Positions 12,654 to 26,543 are shown, counted from the first letter of the whole stretch. The stretch: 63,515 bases of DNA, filler included, from Octopus bimaculoides (GCF_001194135.2; 4 parts of 4 records of this genome joined end to end with filler, not necessarily neighbours in it); one strand, 5' to 3'. The notes: generated by a model from the letters alone, not told the origin. Numbers and translations: made by a program.

Positions 12654-14422
12654 GAAGCTGAAGCAAATTAACACCAAATATACAGTGCGTGTGTTTTTTT
12701 ATTGGCTAAACTGGCAATATGACCATCCCCAAGTACAACAACATCTGTTTCAACACACGATTTCACNNNNNNNNNNNNNNNNNNNNNNNNNNNNNNNNNN
12801 NNNNNNNNGAAGGAGAGATGAGGGAAAAAGATGGAGAGATTGGTGGTGGTGCTGGCGGTGGTGATTATAGTGGTGGTGATGGTGATTGTGGTGGTGATGG
12901 TGGTGGTGGTGGTGGTGGTGATGATTGTGGTGGTGGAGGTGGTGGTGGTAGTGGTGGAGATGGCGGAGGTGAGTGCATAGTGAAAAATGTATGTTCTTTG
13001 ATATCACCTATCACATAACACATGCGCATAAGTGCAATTGCGTGAAATATTCACGCCTATTTACGAGTCAGATATATGCAATTTAACTCAAGGTTGTATC
13101 ACATGCACGGGATATCTTTTTTTAATGGCACAAATGGGAAACTAAGAGTGAATATTTATTTTATGTGCATGAAGTATATAAAGTGTATATATAAAGTGCA
13201 TTAAAAAATCATCGTATTCTAATTTCTTTTACTTTCCAATAGGCTTATTATTAATTCCGTGAAATATTCACGAGTCCCGCTAATATGCATAAACGTTTAA
13301 AAATATAATAGGATGCAAATGCTCGACTTCGTAACAGTAGATAAATATTTACATTTCAAGATAACACGGAATGCGCAGGGCAGCTGTGGAGCCTTGCAAT
13401 CGATACTAAAAAGGGCACAATTACAAGTAATATGTATATATAATGATTAGAATATTAAGTCTTCCAGCTACCTGAAATCCTCTTGCATTATACTGAAAAT
13501 AGGTGCCTACTAAAAGTGTTGGCTGCGTTTATGGGCCTACTAACAGCTCCCTAGCAAAAGTGATAGTATAAATAGAAACCTCTCTAAATAATTGGTCACA
13601 CCAACAAAATGTTACAGGACAATACCTCACAAATGTCTCAGGAATAATGTTGAAGATATTTGTTGATAAAAACGTTAAGAACAAAATATATTCCGACTAA
13701 AGGAAACGCTAGATACGCAACACCATCTAACAATAGATAACTTGTCCTATAGAGGAACGTTATATAATTTGCCACGTTGCTTTAATTCTGAACGAACGTA
13801 GATAAGTTATTTCTGCATAAATTAGACTTTATGGAATTCTAAATAAACCTTCCAAATGAATGAAGAACACAAATTCAATTAGATTAACTGTTGCCAACCT
13901 TCTGTCCACTTGGCCCTTCTATCTCGGAACGCATCGAAAACTAATTAGTTATTAATAATTTCTTTCTCATTAATCTGCTAAGCCGAACATTCGAGTAAAA
14001 TGTCGACTCAGCAAAAGCTTGTTTCGTATAATCCTCTTTAGCTTCTAAGTGCCACATTGCACATTATTTATACGCTCACACATACTGTCACATGTAAGTA
14101 TAAGTATATATAAAATACATGTGTGTATATATATATATACATATAAATTTGTTTGTGCGTCTAAGTTTCTTTGCCTAAGAGTGCTTGTGTGCATTTTACA
14201 TTAGGGGTGGGTGGTGGTATAAATACACGTAGAAGTATATGAGCATTGCTGTACCCATTTATCTTAAATCCTTACATACACGGACACACATACATATATA
14301 ATTATATACTTCGATGTGTGCGTGCGTATATGTGTGTATATGTGTGTGTGTATGCATTATTCAACAAGCAGATTTCATTTACGAACCAATTGATGTCACA
14401 ACGTAATGCATAATCAGTCTAC

Positions 14423-14528
14423 TTGAAGCTGCTTTTAAAATGAAATTCTTGTTTGGCAGTTTCCAAAGCAGGAGTTGCATCAGCTCCCAGGATTAGCAGC
14501 AGCACTAAAAACAGTTTAACTTCGTCAG
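14423..14528 (-). CDS. candidate signal-peptide-encoding exon
   Basis: Acceptor tttcaatcacag; frame DEVKLFLVLLLILGADATPALETAKQEFHFKSSF with a hydrophobic core and A-x-A cleavage pattern. The donor (GTAGAC) is weak. Confidence 0.35.
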
Positions 14529-16132
14529 CTGTGATTGAAATATTCTTTGAAAATCACATTTAGATTTCGCATGAGTCTCTTATATCTTAATTGAAGACAT
14601 TGATTGCAGATTCCACTTGTTATGATAAAACTAGCAATGATAATAAGAATAACTATAATACCTCATTCTATAACAAACGTATGAACCAATACTCAATATG
14701 ACAGAAAGTGCAGCTAATCTGAAATTATCCTCTGTCCTCATTTAAAATCACTTGAATAAATGTATANNNNNNNNNNNNNNNNNNNNNNNNNNNNNNNNTG
14801 TGTGTTAAATCGTTAATCTCAACTTCATTTTTTTGTCCCTCTCCATTTTTTCCTCTTATCCCTTTCTATCGAACACCGCGGGCGTGAAAAGTCGAAGATC
14901 TTCAAATTAATACACCTGCTTGTTGTTCTCTCACCTGTATCTGTCCTTTGTTTCCTGTACATTTCAACCATATATGCAAACATGCACACATATACACATA
15001 CATACATATATATACATATATATGTATCATGGCTTCTTTTCCCCTTTCCTTTGCCGTTCTCTGTTTGTCCCTCTCTCTCCCTCACTCTTCTGCCTTTGCT
15101 TTCTCGTTGCATGCACGTGACCGTCGGCCATCTTTCTTTTTCTAATTTGAATTTCCATCTTTCTCTCTTATCAGCCACAGGGATGGGACACATTCTTATC
15201 TGTCTCCTGTCCGGACTTGTTTCTTCGAGTTCACCAACTCAGTTCGTCTAGGCTTAGCAGCCATTCCTGTTTGTTTTCACTGTCTTGTTTATGTTATCAA
15301 CTTTGACCCTCCTCAAAATCCCAAATTTTATTTAATTTGCTTTGCGGGAGCAACTGTTATGTCGAAAACGTATCTTGTGAAATGCCACGAAATACTCGAA
15401 ATACAAAGTAGTAAAAGAGCCAACAACTGATGAAGGGTCCTTTTTTTCATGTTACTTGTCTTGCTTTCCATGTTTTCGTTTTTCGAATTTCATGTTGTTT
15501 ACATTCCATGTTGCCCTGTGCCCATATATGCATGTGTATACAAATATATGTATGTACATATATATATATGTATGTATGCTTATATATTTTATATATTATT
15601 TATATCATTATATGATTGAACACGACGCATCCATTTCCAAGTAAATTATATATATATACACGTATGTAACTGGTCTGAGAATAAGATAAGATGTGCATTC
15701 TTAGGACGCTTTGATAATAGGTCAAGCAACTATTCGAATTTACTTCGAACCACAATAGCAGCAACAATTGGTAATGATCTTGTGACCTTTTATTTTCTGG
15801 TATTAACAATTCTCATATTAATTCACATACATTTAGTTTTCTGATTGGATACACTACTGCTGTGACTATTCATCGCCGTCATCGCTGCGGGTGTTCACAG
15901 TTTTTGTCGTGTTGCCTTCATATACTGAACATCATCAATGTTAACATGGATCTACAAATATTTCGTTTGCGATGAGGAAAATATGGAAGAGTTGAAGAAA
16001 GGAGATGAAGAGGATGCTGCTGATGATGACAAGGATAACAAGGATGATGTTGCTGGTTCTGTTGATAATGTTAATGATGAATAGAAGGAGGATGTTGTTG
16101 TTGCTTTTGTTGTTGTTGTTGTTGCTGTTGTT

Positions 16133-16209
<77 letters not shown>

Positions 16210-16255
16210 TGGTGATGGTGGTGGTGGTCGAGGTGTTGCTGTTGTTGTTAATGAT

Positions 16256-16474
16256 GGAGGCGGAGAGTTAGCAGAATCGTTAGCACGCTGGGCAAAATGC
16301 TTAGCGGTATTTTGTCACTCTTTATGTTCTAAATCCAAATTCCGGTGTAGTCCACTTTGCCTCTCTACCTTTCGGATCACTAAAATAGGTACCATTTGGA
16401 CACTGGAGTCGATGTAATCAGCTTACGCCGACCTCTAAATTACTAGTTGTGTGCCAAAATAGGAAATCATTATA
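16256..16474 (+). mobile_element. diverged tRNA-derived SINE
   Basis: gagttagcagaatcgttagcacgctgggcaaaatgcttagc...aaattcc...actttgcc...ggtacc...ctggagtcgat, the same architecture as the next copy and 57497-57710. Confidence 0.75.
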
Positions 16475-16480
16475 TTCAAG

Positions 16481-16690
16481 GTAGATGTCTGGCAGAATCA
16501 TGTCCACACCAGATAAGATGTTTAGTAGCTTCCCTTCTAGCTGTGGGTTCTGATTTCAAATTCCACCGCAGTCGACTTTGCCTTTCGACTTTTCGGTGTT
16601 GATAAGATAAGTACCAGAAGAGCAGTGGAGCCGATGTTATTGATTTACCCTGCCCACAAAATCGTTGGATTTGTGAATATAAAATTATTA
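16481..16690 (+). mobile_element. diverged tRNA-derived SINE (second tandem copy)
   Basis: ctggcagaatc...tcaaattccaccgcagtcgactttgcc...gataagataagtaccag. Confidence 0.75.
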
Positions 16691-17299
16691 TTAGTATTAT
16701 TAATGTATTTCTGAAGTTATTGGTGGAATATAAAAATGCAATTAGTGTACATAAAGCACTATCGTTCCCAAGAGTTCCATTTTCAAAATCTTTTATAAAA
16801 ACTGAGAACCCCAAAACGGAGCAATCACTGATGACAGCAAGAATGATATGTTGATGGTTATTGGTTTGAAGATTAAATTCAAATATTAAATTTCAAAATT
16901 ATCTCGTAATCGTAATTTATTTGAACGCAATCACGTTTATCTCATATTTTCCTTTTATCTAAATAATTACACGGACCAATAAAACAAAATCTTTTTCTGT
17001 TTTCACAAAATTCTTGAAAGATATGGACCTGAACAAAAGGGTTTTCATACACAGAAACTGAAAATGATATACATTTACTACCATCACGTCGATGTTTTAA
17101 GAGGCGGGAACCAAAGATTTAATTTTTTTCTCTCATTAAAAGAGAGCTTATGAGAAACAAGACGTATCTTACAAACTTACATAGGAATTGGTTTTTCTTC
17201 AAAACTAGAATGTTTTCTAAAAGTTCTACTGAAATCCTGGAAAAGTTATAAATTTTTACAAACAAATTACTTTATTGTTTATGGCTAATTTCACATGAA

Positions 17300-17940
17300 A
17301 TTGTACTTGGATGATTTTCATCAGTTTCCTGATTTTCTCAGGAAGTTCTCGAGCAAAGTTCGGGCAATAGTCCGCCATTGGATGCAAGTTCCAATTGCCT
17401 TGATACAACTGTTCAATTATTTTGATTTTATATTTTGACGGGAATATTCTCCCTGCTCGTGATTTGTGTCCACAAGATTTTTAAAGAATTTATCAAAGTA
17501 CCATTGGAGAAAGTGTAGCTTTATGCACATATTTGCTCCCAAATTTTGAAAGTTCTCATGTCGACTATTTCGGCAAAGCTGGTTGCTTTCTTGTTGCCTA
17601 GAAAGTCATTTAAAACTATCACGAATGAATTCTGCTGCTTCAATGAAATTAATTGAATTTATAAAGCTTCCATCTTTCATCGATTTCTGTTTTAAGTGCC
17701 ATCAAATATTCCAGCTTTTATCTTTTCACTACTGAGACCGGGAAATGTGCCGCATATGTAATGAATACACGGTCAACCTTTAATCAGATATTTAACAAAT
17801 ACTTCATAATGGCAAGTTCCATATGAAGTGGAGGTAGGGTGATTTTCCCGGTTGAACTAAAGGCTCTTCAACCTTATTAAAAGATTCTGGAGCTAATGTT
17901 CGCTGAGGCTATTCTTTGATCTCCCAATATTTTTCCTTGA
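17300..17940 (-). mobile_element. decayed DNA transposase, Chapaev/CMC-like
   Basis: Motifs across frameshifts: PQRTLAPESFNKVEEPLVQPG, KITLPPLHMEL, FPGLSSEKIKAGIFDG, FLGNKKA, FQNLGANMCIKLHFL, HEQGEYSRQ, YQGNW...MADYC. Family assigned from memory of Chapaev3-type motifs. Confidence 0.75.
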
Positions 17941-18329
17941 TTTATTATGAAAAATTATAAATAAATCGTAATTAAAAACTCTACCGTATTTTCACATGTA
18001 AACAAATGCAATTTTGTAAATCAAGACGAAAATTGTGAAAATTATGGGTGGTGAGGTGTCTTGAAATCTAGACGATATAAGGCATATTCCAATTTTGTAT
18101 ACAGCATATCTAACAGCACGTTAGGAACAAGCTAGAACGTCCAGACAACAAAATGCCTGTTGGTTTGTAGCATTTTTAGGATTAAGAAATTCAGGTGAGA
18201 AACTGAGTGACTGTTCAGACGCTGCATTCAGTGCCCCTAAGGCGCTTGTTTTACGAACATACAACCTTGCAGTATTATTTGTTGATTTCTTTACTTTTAC
18301 TCCTGATAGTGTGTATTTTCGCGGTCTTG

Positions 18330-18540
18330 CTCACGATACATATATGCATGTAACCGTAACCATACGACCACTTTAGATTGCGCTTGGAATCACTTCGAGT
18401 CTTGTGTTCTTTTCTATCAATCTTTTCCTCATCTTTAAAGTGTTTATTATACACACGGTAAACTGTTACTTTTGGAATCTTATTGGCAGTGTCTTGGCGC
18501 ACGCCAAAGCAACAAAGGTGGAACGATTCTGCTGTTCCAT
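18330..18540 (-). mobile_element. Tc1/mariner-superfamily N-terminal HTH relic (tentative)
   Basis: MEQQNR...TANKIPKVTVYRVYNKHFKDEEKIDRKEHKTRSDSKR resembles a transposase HTH followed by an RK..RSD basic motif. Confidence 0.4.
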
Positions 18541-19772
18541 GACCCGTTGTCGAATCATTTCATTTTTAACTTGAAAATAAAAAAAATGATTAGATTTTCA
18601 AGTAAGGTTTTGTGAAAAAATGAAATGTTAAACACACTGAGTCAACTGCTCAATTTATCTGGAAGAACTTGCATGTATGTATGTATGTATGTATGTATGT
18701 ATGTATGTATGTATGTATGTATGTACGTATGTATGTATGTACGTATTTATGTACGTATGTATGTATGTATGTACGTATGTACCTATCTATCTCCCGCCTC
18801 TCACTATATGTATATATGTGTGTGAGTGAGTGCGTATGTGTATATATACGTACATACGTTTGTTGATATGAACAGACATTTTAGCTAGCTTACTCTCAAC
18901 GTGTGCATGCATGTATGTTTGTAAGTATGTGTGTATTCATGTATACGTATGTATATATATGTGTGACAGAGTAGGCGTCATCGTGATAAATTCCAAAGTG
19001 CATGCGTGTTAGAATGTCTGGGCTTGTGAAAGAGAAAATATATGTATCTGTGTATATTGAGAAAGAGAGGGAGAAAGAGATTGTAAAAGTTAACCTAATC
19101 GCAGATGCAGAGAAAAACTAATATTCAGATAATATGGTAAATTATTGACATTCAGGATCTATTACAACAGATTTTCGATCCGTATTGTCTTTAAATAGTT
19201 GTTCTTCATAACTTTTGGACGTTATTATATGATACGATATGAAATTTACACAGACGTATAAAAAATATTCTATCTTACATATAACAAACATTTCCAGAAA
19301 GTTCATTCTTGCTTTCGAATATAGCGCAAATTATTCATCCTTCTCTATCTCTTTCACCATTCTTTATAACATGTCTCAATAAACAATTTTGACAGTGAGA
19401 GATCATGCATTATTGCAACGTAAATCGTGTTTATGTAGTAAAAGAGGTTTATTGTTTTTCGTTTTTTATCCTTTAGGCACATATGTTATTATAACTTTTC
19501 TAATATATTCTCTTATCTATTTGTAATATTTTCCAAACAGTAAGGGCGGAGTTATAATGAACCACACATCAATGCTAAGGCAATGAATCATCATTAGCTA
19601 TTCGTTATTACAATACATATTTTTCCCCTTAGATGTAAATAAGTAATTTCGTTTAGTTCTATTCTGCACGTATATGAAAATACAAATGTATAGATATACA
19701 CATATATAATACAGATTTGCGTACATATGTAAATATATGAAAGTGTATACAAATGCATGTTTGTTTGTTGTT

Positions 19773-19812
<40 letters not shown>

Positions 19813-20656
19813 NNNNNNNNNNNNNNNNNNNNNNNNNNNNNNNNNNNNNNNNNNNNNNNNNNNNNNNNNNNNNNNNNNNNNNNNNNNNNNNNNNNNNNNN
19901 NNNNNNNNNNNNNNNNNNNNNNNNNNNNNNNNNNNNNNNNNNNNNNNNNNNNNNNNNNNNNNNNNNNNNNNNNNNNNNNNNNNNNNNNNNNNNNNNNNNN
20001 NNNNNNNNNNNNNNNNNNNNNNNNNNNNNNNNNNNNNNNNNNNNNNNNNNNNNNNNNNNNNNNNNNNNNNNNNNNNNNNNNNNNNNNNNNNNNNNNNNNN
20101 NNNNNNNNNNNNNNNNNNNNNNNNNNNNNNNNNNNNNNNNNNNNNNNNNNNNNNNNNNNNNNNNNNNNNNNNNNNNNNNNNNNNNNNNNNNNNNNNNNNN
20201 NNNNNNNNNNNNNNNNNNNNNATATATGGGTTCGTGAAATGTTCTAAAGAATATTCCATATTTTGATATATGCTTATTTTCGGAAGAGAGTGATGCATTA
20301 TCAAGGTGTAAAAATTTACTGTTATATGCACCAAATAAATGTGATAAATGATTTACTACAAACGTAATATCTTAAGATTCAACACTCAACATACATGAAC
20401 ATATATGATTTTTAAAGATCAAACAGAAGTTTTGCATTATACGCTTCAATTGGAAAATCTCGGTGGAAAATGTAGAAATAAGACATTTCTTGCTGTCATT
20501 AAATAATGTACAGAGAAGAGTGCCATGGCTGGGCTACCACTGTCAAGAGTTTTGTCGAACAAATTCCTCTATCCCCGCTTATTAACTAGAAGCACAGTAG
20601 CAAACGTGTCCTCTAGCTATGGTGTAAGAAAGAGAAACCAAGGACACGCAACTGCC

Positions 20657-20739
<83 letters not shown>

Positions 20740-21645
20740 ATTCACTCACAAACAAACACACGCATAGACATTGAGAGGTAAATAGACAAACAAATATATA
20801 GATAGATAGAGAGATAGTTAGATAGTCAGACAGACAGACAGACAGATAGATAAGTTATAGATAAAGACAAAGATGAACAAGAGTTTCTCAGCAATTGTTT
20901 TACGTCAATTATTATTTATTAATCATTTTCAAAAGGAATGCATCCCATCTAACAACTGTTTCTGCTAGCAATGTTCTTTGGTATCACCTTTATCAGAGTG
21001 GAAAATAGATAAATAGATAGATAAATAAAAAGAAGCGACGGGAAAAAAAGGAAAATTTGAATAAGAAAATGTTCGTAACAGAAACAGCTATTAGACGGGA
21101 CGCAGTGTTGTAAATAATTAATAGATAATTGATACAAATCAATTATTGTTCATCACTATAATCTTTCTCTTCTCTCTCTCCGCGTGACCGGTTTTCGAAT
21201 AAACCTGACCTTTCTTTCTTGGTTCGACTACCATCCGTGCAACATCTATATTCCTCCACATGCCTGTCACCTCTTACGCCCCTGCCGTAAGGCTTCACTT
21301 TTACAGACGCCAGCTTATTTTGATTCGTCCTAAGTCGAAAAACGCCTGTTGTTATATCCTGTTATTTGCATTGGTATTTTTGTACCATTTCTCCTTTTTT
21401 CCGTCCTTGTTTTCGTATACATTCGCTGCTTTCTTCCAAGGAATCTAATGCTCTTAGCTTAGTTTTTCCTTGGGGCTGGCCAGATTGGAGCAATCTCGAG
21501 TATAAATAACCAGCCGAAATTGCAAAGATAATCTGGAACTTGACCGAGGAGAGAAAACTTCGAATGACCCGTCCGTGTTTTTTCTTGTCCCTCTTTTGTA
21601 TCATCTGTCTGGATGTTTTGGGTTCTTGTCCCCTTTTTTGTATTC

Positions 21646-21687
<42 letters not shown>

Positions 21688-22322
21688 TATATACATGTAG
21701 ATATACATTCATAAATACACGCACCCACACGCACACATGTACCCACGTACGCACACGCGCGCACACACATAAACGCACACACGCAGGCACACACTCACTC
21801 ACACACATATATATAGTCAATTCGAGGATGTCAAGTCTTCATCAGTGATTAAATAATCCGGAAAAGTTTCAGTGGTTAATCACTATCATATAAGGAGAAA
21901 GTTTCGACGATATGTCAAGGATTATTATAGTAATACATATTGTTAATAATGAAAGAAAGAAAGTGGAGATTTATGGATGTATAATTAGTTTATTTATATG
22001 ATATAATGAGGTTGAAAGTTTTTTTTTTAATAAAAGCAATACAAGTGAATTATAATGCTCTAATAGAAATGGCAGATGTCAAAATCCTCTATATATTTTT
22101 TCAATTCATGTCCGTTGGTGACTGGTAATTCTAAATATTTGGGTGGGGTCCTATGCTAGGAATTGGTCATCATTTTCAAATATATGGGGCAGAACCTCAT
22201 CAGGGCTTTATGAGCTTATGCAAGGAATTTTAGTTGTAAGTAAAAATAAAATAAAAATAGCATAAAAATAAAGTTAAATTAAGAAGATAAAAGATATGTG
22301 AAGAAAAGTATAAATGTATGTA

Positions 22323-22367
<45 letters not shown>

Positions 22368-22767
22368 CACACATGCATGTGAATCGTTGACGATTTTCTA
22401 ACTCCGGTTGCCCTTCTACTGGACTTTCATCTGTTTCTGAAAAAGAGCCTCTGCTCGAAACGTTGAACTAAACATTTTCTTTCCTTTCCTGAGCGTCTGT
22501 TAATACANNNNNNNNNNNNNNNNNNNNNNNNNNNNNNNNNNNNNNNNNNNNNNNNNNNNNNNNNNNNNNNNNNNNNNNNNNNNNNNNNNNNNNNNNNNNN
22601 NNNNNNNNNNNNNNNNNNNNNNNNNNNNNNNNNNNNNNNNNNNNNNNNNNNNNNNNNNNNNNNNNNNNNNNNNNNNNNNNNNNNNNNNNNNNNNNNNNNN
22701 NNNNNNNNNNNNNNNNNNNNNNNNNNNNNNNNNNNNNNNNNNTATATATATATATATATATATATAT

Positions 22768-22820
<53 letters not shown>

Positions 22821-22928
22821 CAGACAGGCAGGCAGAAAGACATACAGACAGACATACAGACATACAGATAGATAGATAGATAGATAGTAGATAGATAGAT
22901 AGATAGATAGATAGATATATAGATATGT

Positions 22929-22960
<32 letters not shown>

Positions 22961-24050
22961 TTGTACAGAGAGAGAGGTGGGTCAGATTTTCAGGCAGTTC
23001 CGTCTACCAATTTAACTTCTTAGGTATTGGTTAGCCCATGGTTGTACTAGAACACAGAATAAGTTGGTTGCAAAGCGAGCCTCTTACACTCAATACATGT
23101 ACAAGAGCAGAACAAAGTCGCATTAATCTCCTCCTGGAATAATCTAATCATATCCTTTCCGACATCAATTGGTGTGTTTCTCATTCGATGTTACTCAAGC
23201 ACCCGTTTTGTGACATTTCACTTTTATTCGCAAGTAATCCGTTCATGGCTGTTTGCTTGTTTTAGCCGGTTATAATGTATTATAATGAAACCATTCTTTA
23301 TTCACATTTCGTTAATTTACTTAACAAATTTTGTGGATTCAATGTTTTTCACACGATTTTCGGTAAAAATTTCGTAAATTTAATCTTCAGTTTATGAAAT
23401 GCTAGGAAAATTTCTAAATTTCATTTCAAATTTTACGACATTTTTATTAATTTCAGTAATTAATCTCAATGATTCGCAACCATAAAATACAGTATAAATT
23501 ATTACTACGTTAACATTTTTCTTCTTTTTGCGATTGTAATTCTTTCAAAATAAGAGCAACACACAAAATGCAATTTTAGCTACACATGGAACTTCACTTT
23601 ATATTTTACATTGAATATTTATACAGGTGACATGCGAAAAAGTATCATTTCCCTCAATACAATAGACAATGTGAAATAGTGACTAATTTCTATATACTAT
23701 CTACGGCTTACATAGAACAATAAATAATTACTTCTGCCCAGTGAAAAAGTTAGAGGAAAGACAAAATGTCGTGTTACAAGAAAGCATATACAGAGGAAAG
23801 CATATGCTACTGGAAAGCATTTATACGCAGCTTAAATTAGATGAAAACGCATTCTGAATCAGGAATTAAAAGAAATTTGTCAAAAACAGATTTTATCTGT
23901 TGGTTTCAGAATGTGACCTGACTACATATTTATGTGAATGAACGATTGACTGAAAATAATACACAATGATTTTGCTTGCAATCATAGGAGGTATTTCATA
24001 ACAGTTTAACTATATACCATATTTTGCATTTCTTACGTCCGCATCGTCAG

Positions 24051-24579
24051 ATGATAAATCTGACCTTGGATCTTGAAAGTTTGCATGAATCCTGGCTCAT
24101 TTAAATCTCTTGTAGCTGTAGTGCAGCTTTGTATTGTCTAATTTTGTTTTGGAAGTACTTGGAATATTGGTCAGTTTATGACAACAGTTTCTTCAATGAC
24201 TCTGGAGGTTGGGTTATTTCAGGGAGTTTACCCTTTCCTCTATTGCAGCACAGTGCAAGTGTCTCACCAGGCCACTCCTTGCTTTACAATATATGCGCTC
24301 ATTTGCCATTGCACAAATGAAAACTCTAATGTCATCTACATAATAAACCGCTGCATCATAATTGAAAGCTGCATCATAAAAGTTGCTTCCCTGACCTGTT
24401 GCAACGGCTCATCGTTCTGCAGTGGAGATCCTATTCCTAGTTAGCTGCGCATACATCTGTTCATAACTTTGAGATGCTCTGGCTTTTGAAGTGCACAGTC
24501 TGTTCGTTTCCCGGGACAGAGACATTCTTTTAGCCGACCATGACGTTGTAGATAAATGTGACATTTTCCTTCTAGGCAT
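24051..24579 (-). mobile_element. Helitron RepHel N-terminal relic
   Basis: MPRRKMSH...AAFNYD...YCKA...CCNRGKGKLPEITQPPESLKKLL...KYFQNKIRQY...GFMQTFKIQGQIYH, with stops and frameshifts. These are Helitron zinc-finger-region motifs. Confidence 0.88.
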
Positions 24580-25080
24580 GGTTATATGAGTATGCAGAAA
24601 TACACGTGGGCAAATGATAGTAAACAAAGAAGATAGCAGGGTAACGGAAATTATATTTCTTAATACGACGAGCAGAAAGTAAATGTGAAATTTTCAGGGA
24701 AATGAAGAATTGTACGGGTTGAAGCGAAATTTGTCAGTGAAACACAAAACTGTTGCAAGAGTAAATACGAAATTTGTAGGGAAATTACCTAATTGTACGG
24801 ATTTAAGTGAAATTTATGGAGTTACTTCTGTCAGCAAATTATGTATGAAATTACTTTCATCAGTAATTGTGAACTTCTTTCTGTCAGTAATTTGTCGTTG
24901 TTGTTTGTAGATAGCGATTAAAAATTTACAGTGGAAACAATAGCGATTGAACGTAAAGTGAAAGCAATAGCGCCTGAAAAATGAAAGTGAAAACAATAGA
25001 GAGTGAGTGAGATAAAGAGAAGGAGGGAGAGAGAGAGAGCTAGCTAGTTAGAAAATAAGATAGATATAGAAAGAAAGAAT

Positions 25081-25149
<69 letters not shown>

Positions 25150-25351
25150 GATATAAACAGATAGATACAGAGAGATAGATATATATAGAGAGAAGGGCAG
25201 AGTGATATAGATAGCGAGATATACAGGGTGTCCACAAAGGCTGGGTACATGGGGATTAACACATACTTTAAGAAATTATTATTTTTTATATCTAATTGTT
25301 TATGTTATGATTTTATTTACACCGTGTAAATAGAGAGATATAGACAGATAG

Positions 25352-25413
<62 letters not shown>

Positions 25414-25468
25414 GTAGATAGATAGATAGATAGATAGATAGATGGATAGGGAAATATAAATACCGAGA

Positions 25469-25568
25469 NNNNNNNNNNNNNNNNNNNNNNNNNNNNNNNN
25501 NNNNNNNNNNNNTTAATTAATTAANNNNNNNNNNNNNNNNNNNNNNNNNNNNNNNNNNNNNNNNNNNN
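25469..25568. other. artificial assembly join N44-TTAATTAATTAA-N44
   Basis: The identical 100-bp construct recurs at 50348-50447 and 55890-55989. TTAATTAATTAA carries stops in all six frames. Confidence 0.95.
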
Positions 25569-25605
<37 letters not shown>

Positions 25606-25893
25606 TATATTTACATGTTTGTATACATTCATATGTATATATCCATAGACACATATATACATCATTACATTGATACACATGCGCACACACTCACACACAC
25701 AGGCAGAAAAGTTACGTACATACATACATACATACTTACTTACATACATATACGCATTCATACATACACGCATTCATACGTAAGCTTTTGATATAATTAT
25801 TTAGCAGTCCGCCATTTCTGTTCGGTACAGTTATTATGTTACACAGTCTTATGATATCTACCAAAATGATCTTCCTGCTCTCAATGTACTTAC

Positions 25894-25913
25894 CAGACTG
25901 CTGAGGCAATTCA
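25894..25913 (-). CDS. candidate 20-nt microexon
   Basis: atctttttgttgatatcgtctgtttcag|TGAATTGCCTCAGCAGTCTG|gtaagt; two frames are open (ELPQQS or NCLSSL). Confidence 0.5.
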
Positions 25914-26242
25914 CTGAAACAGACGATATCAACAAAAAGATATTTAGTATTTATTCATAAATGTTGCCTGCTTTTATTGAATTTTTCAAATTCTATTCGT
26001 AATGGTTTTGTAGTTGAGTAGCGTCTCCTCTTTTCGATTTTTCTTTTTTAGATTACAGAACGCAAGTAAACACACACGCACGCATGCGCGCATACATACA
26101 CACACATACGCGCACATCAATATATGGAAATACGTATGTAAACTTATGTAAATATTTCAAATGTGTATATGTGTGTGTGTATCCGTATATATTTGTAACT
26201 ATGTACATATTTGCACTTATAATTTCGTGGACGCTATGTATG

Positions 26243-26273
<31 letters not shown>

Positions 26274-26391
26274 TTATGTATGTATGTATGGATGGATGCA
26301 TATGTGTGTGTATGCATGTACGTGCATATGTATATGTGTGTGTCTATATCTGTATGCATATATGTATGTTTGTATGAATGTATCTATTTAT

Positions 26392-26435
<44 letters not shown>

Positions 26436-26499
26436 ATATATGCACATATTATATATGTATATATGTAAACATATACACGTATGTGCATACTTATAAATA

Positions 26500-26543
<44 letters not shown>

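Noticed and set aside
13540-13800. Possible degenerate retroelement RT (TIPH-like word)
   Set aside because: A single short motif amid stops; insufficient.
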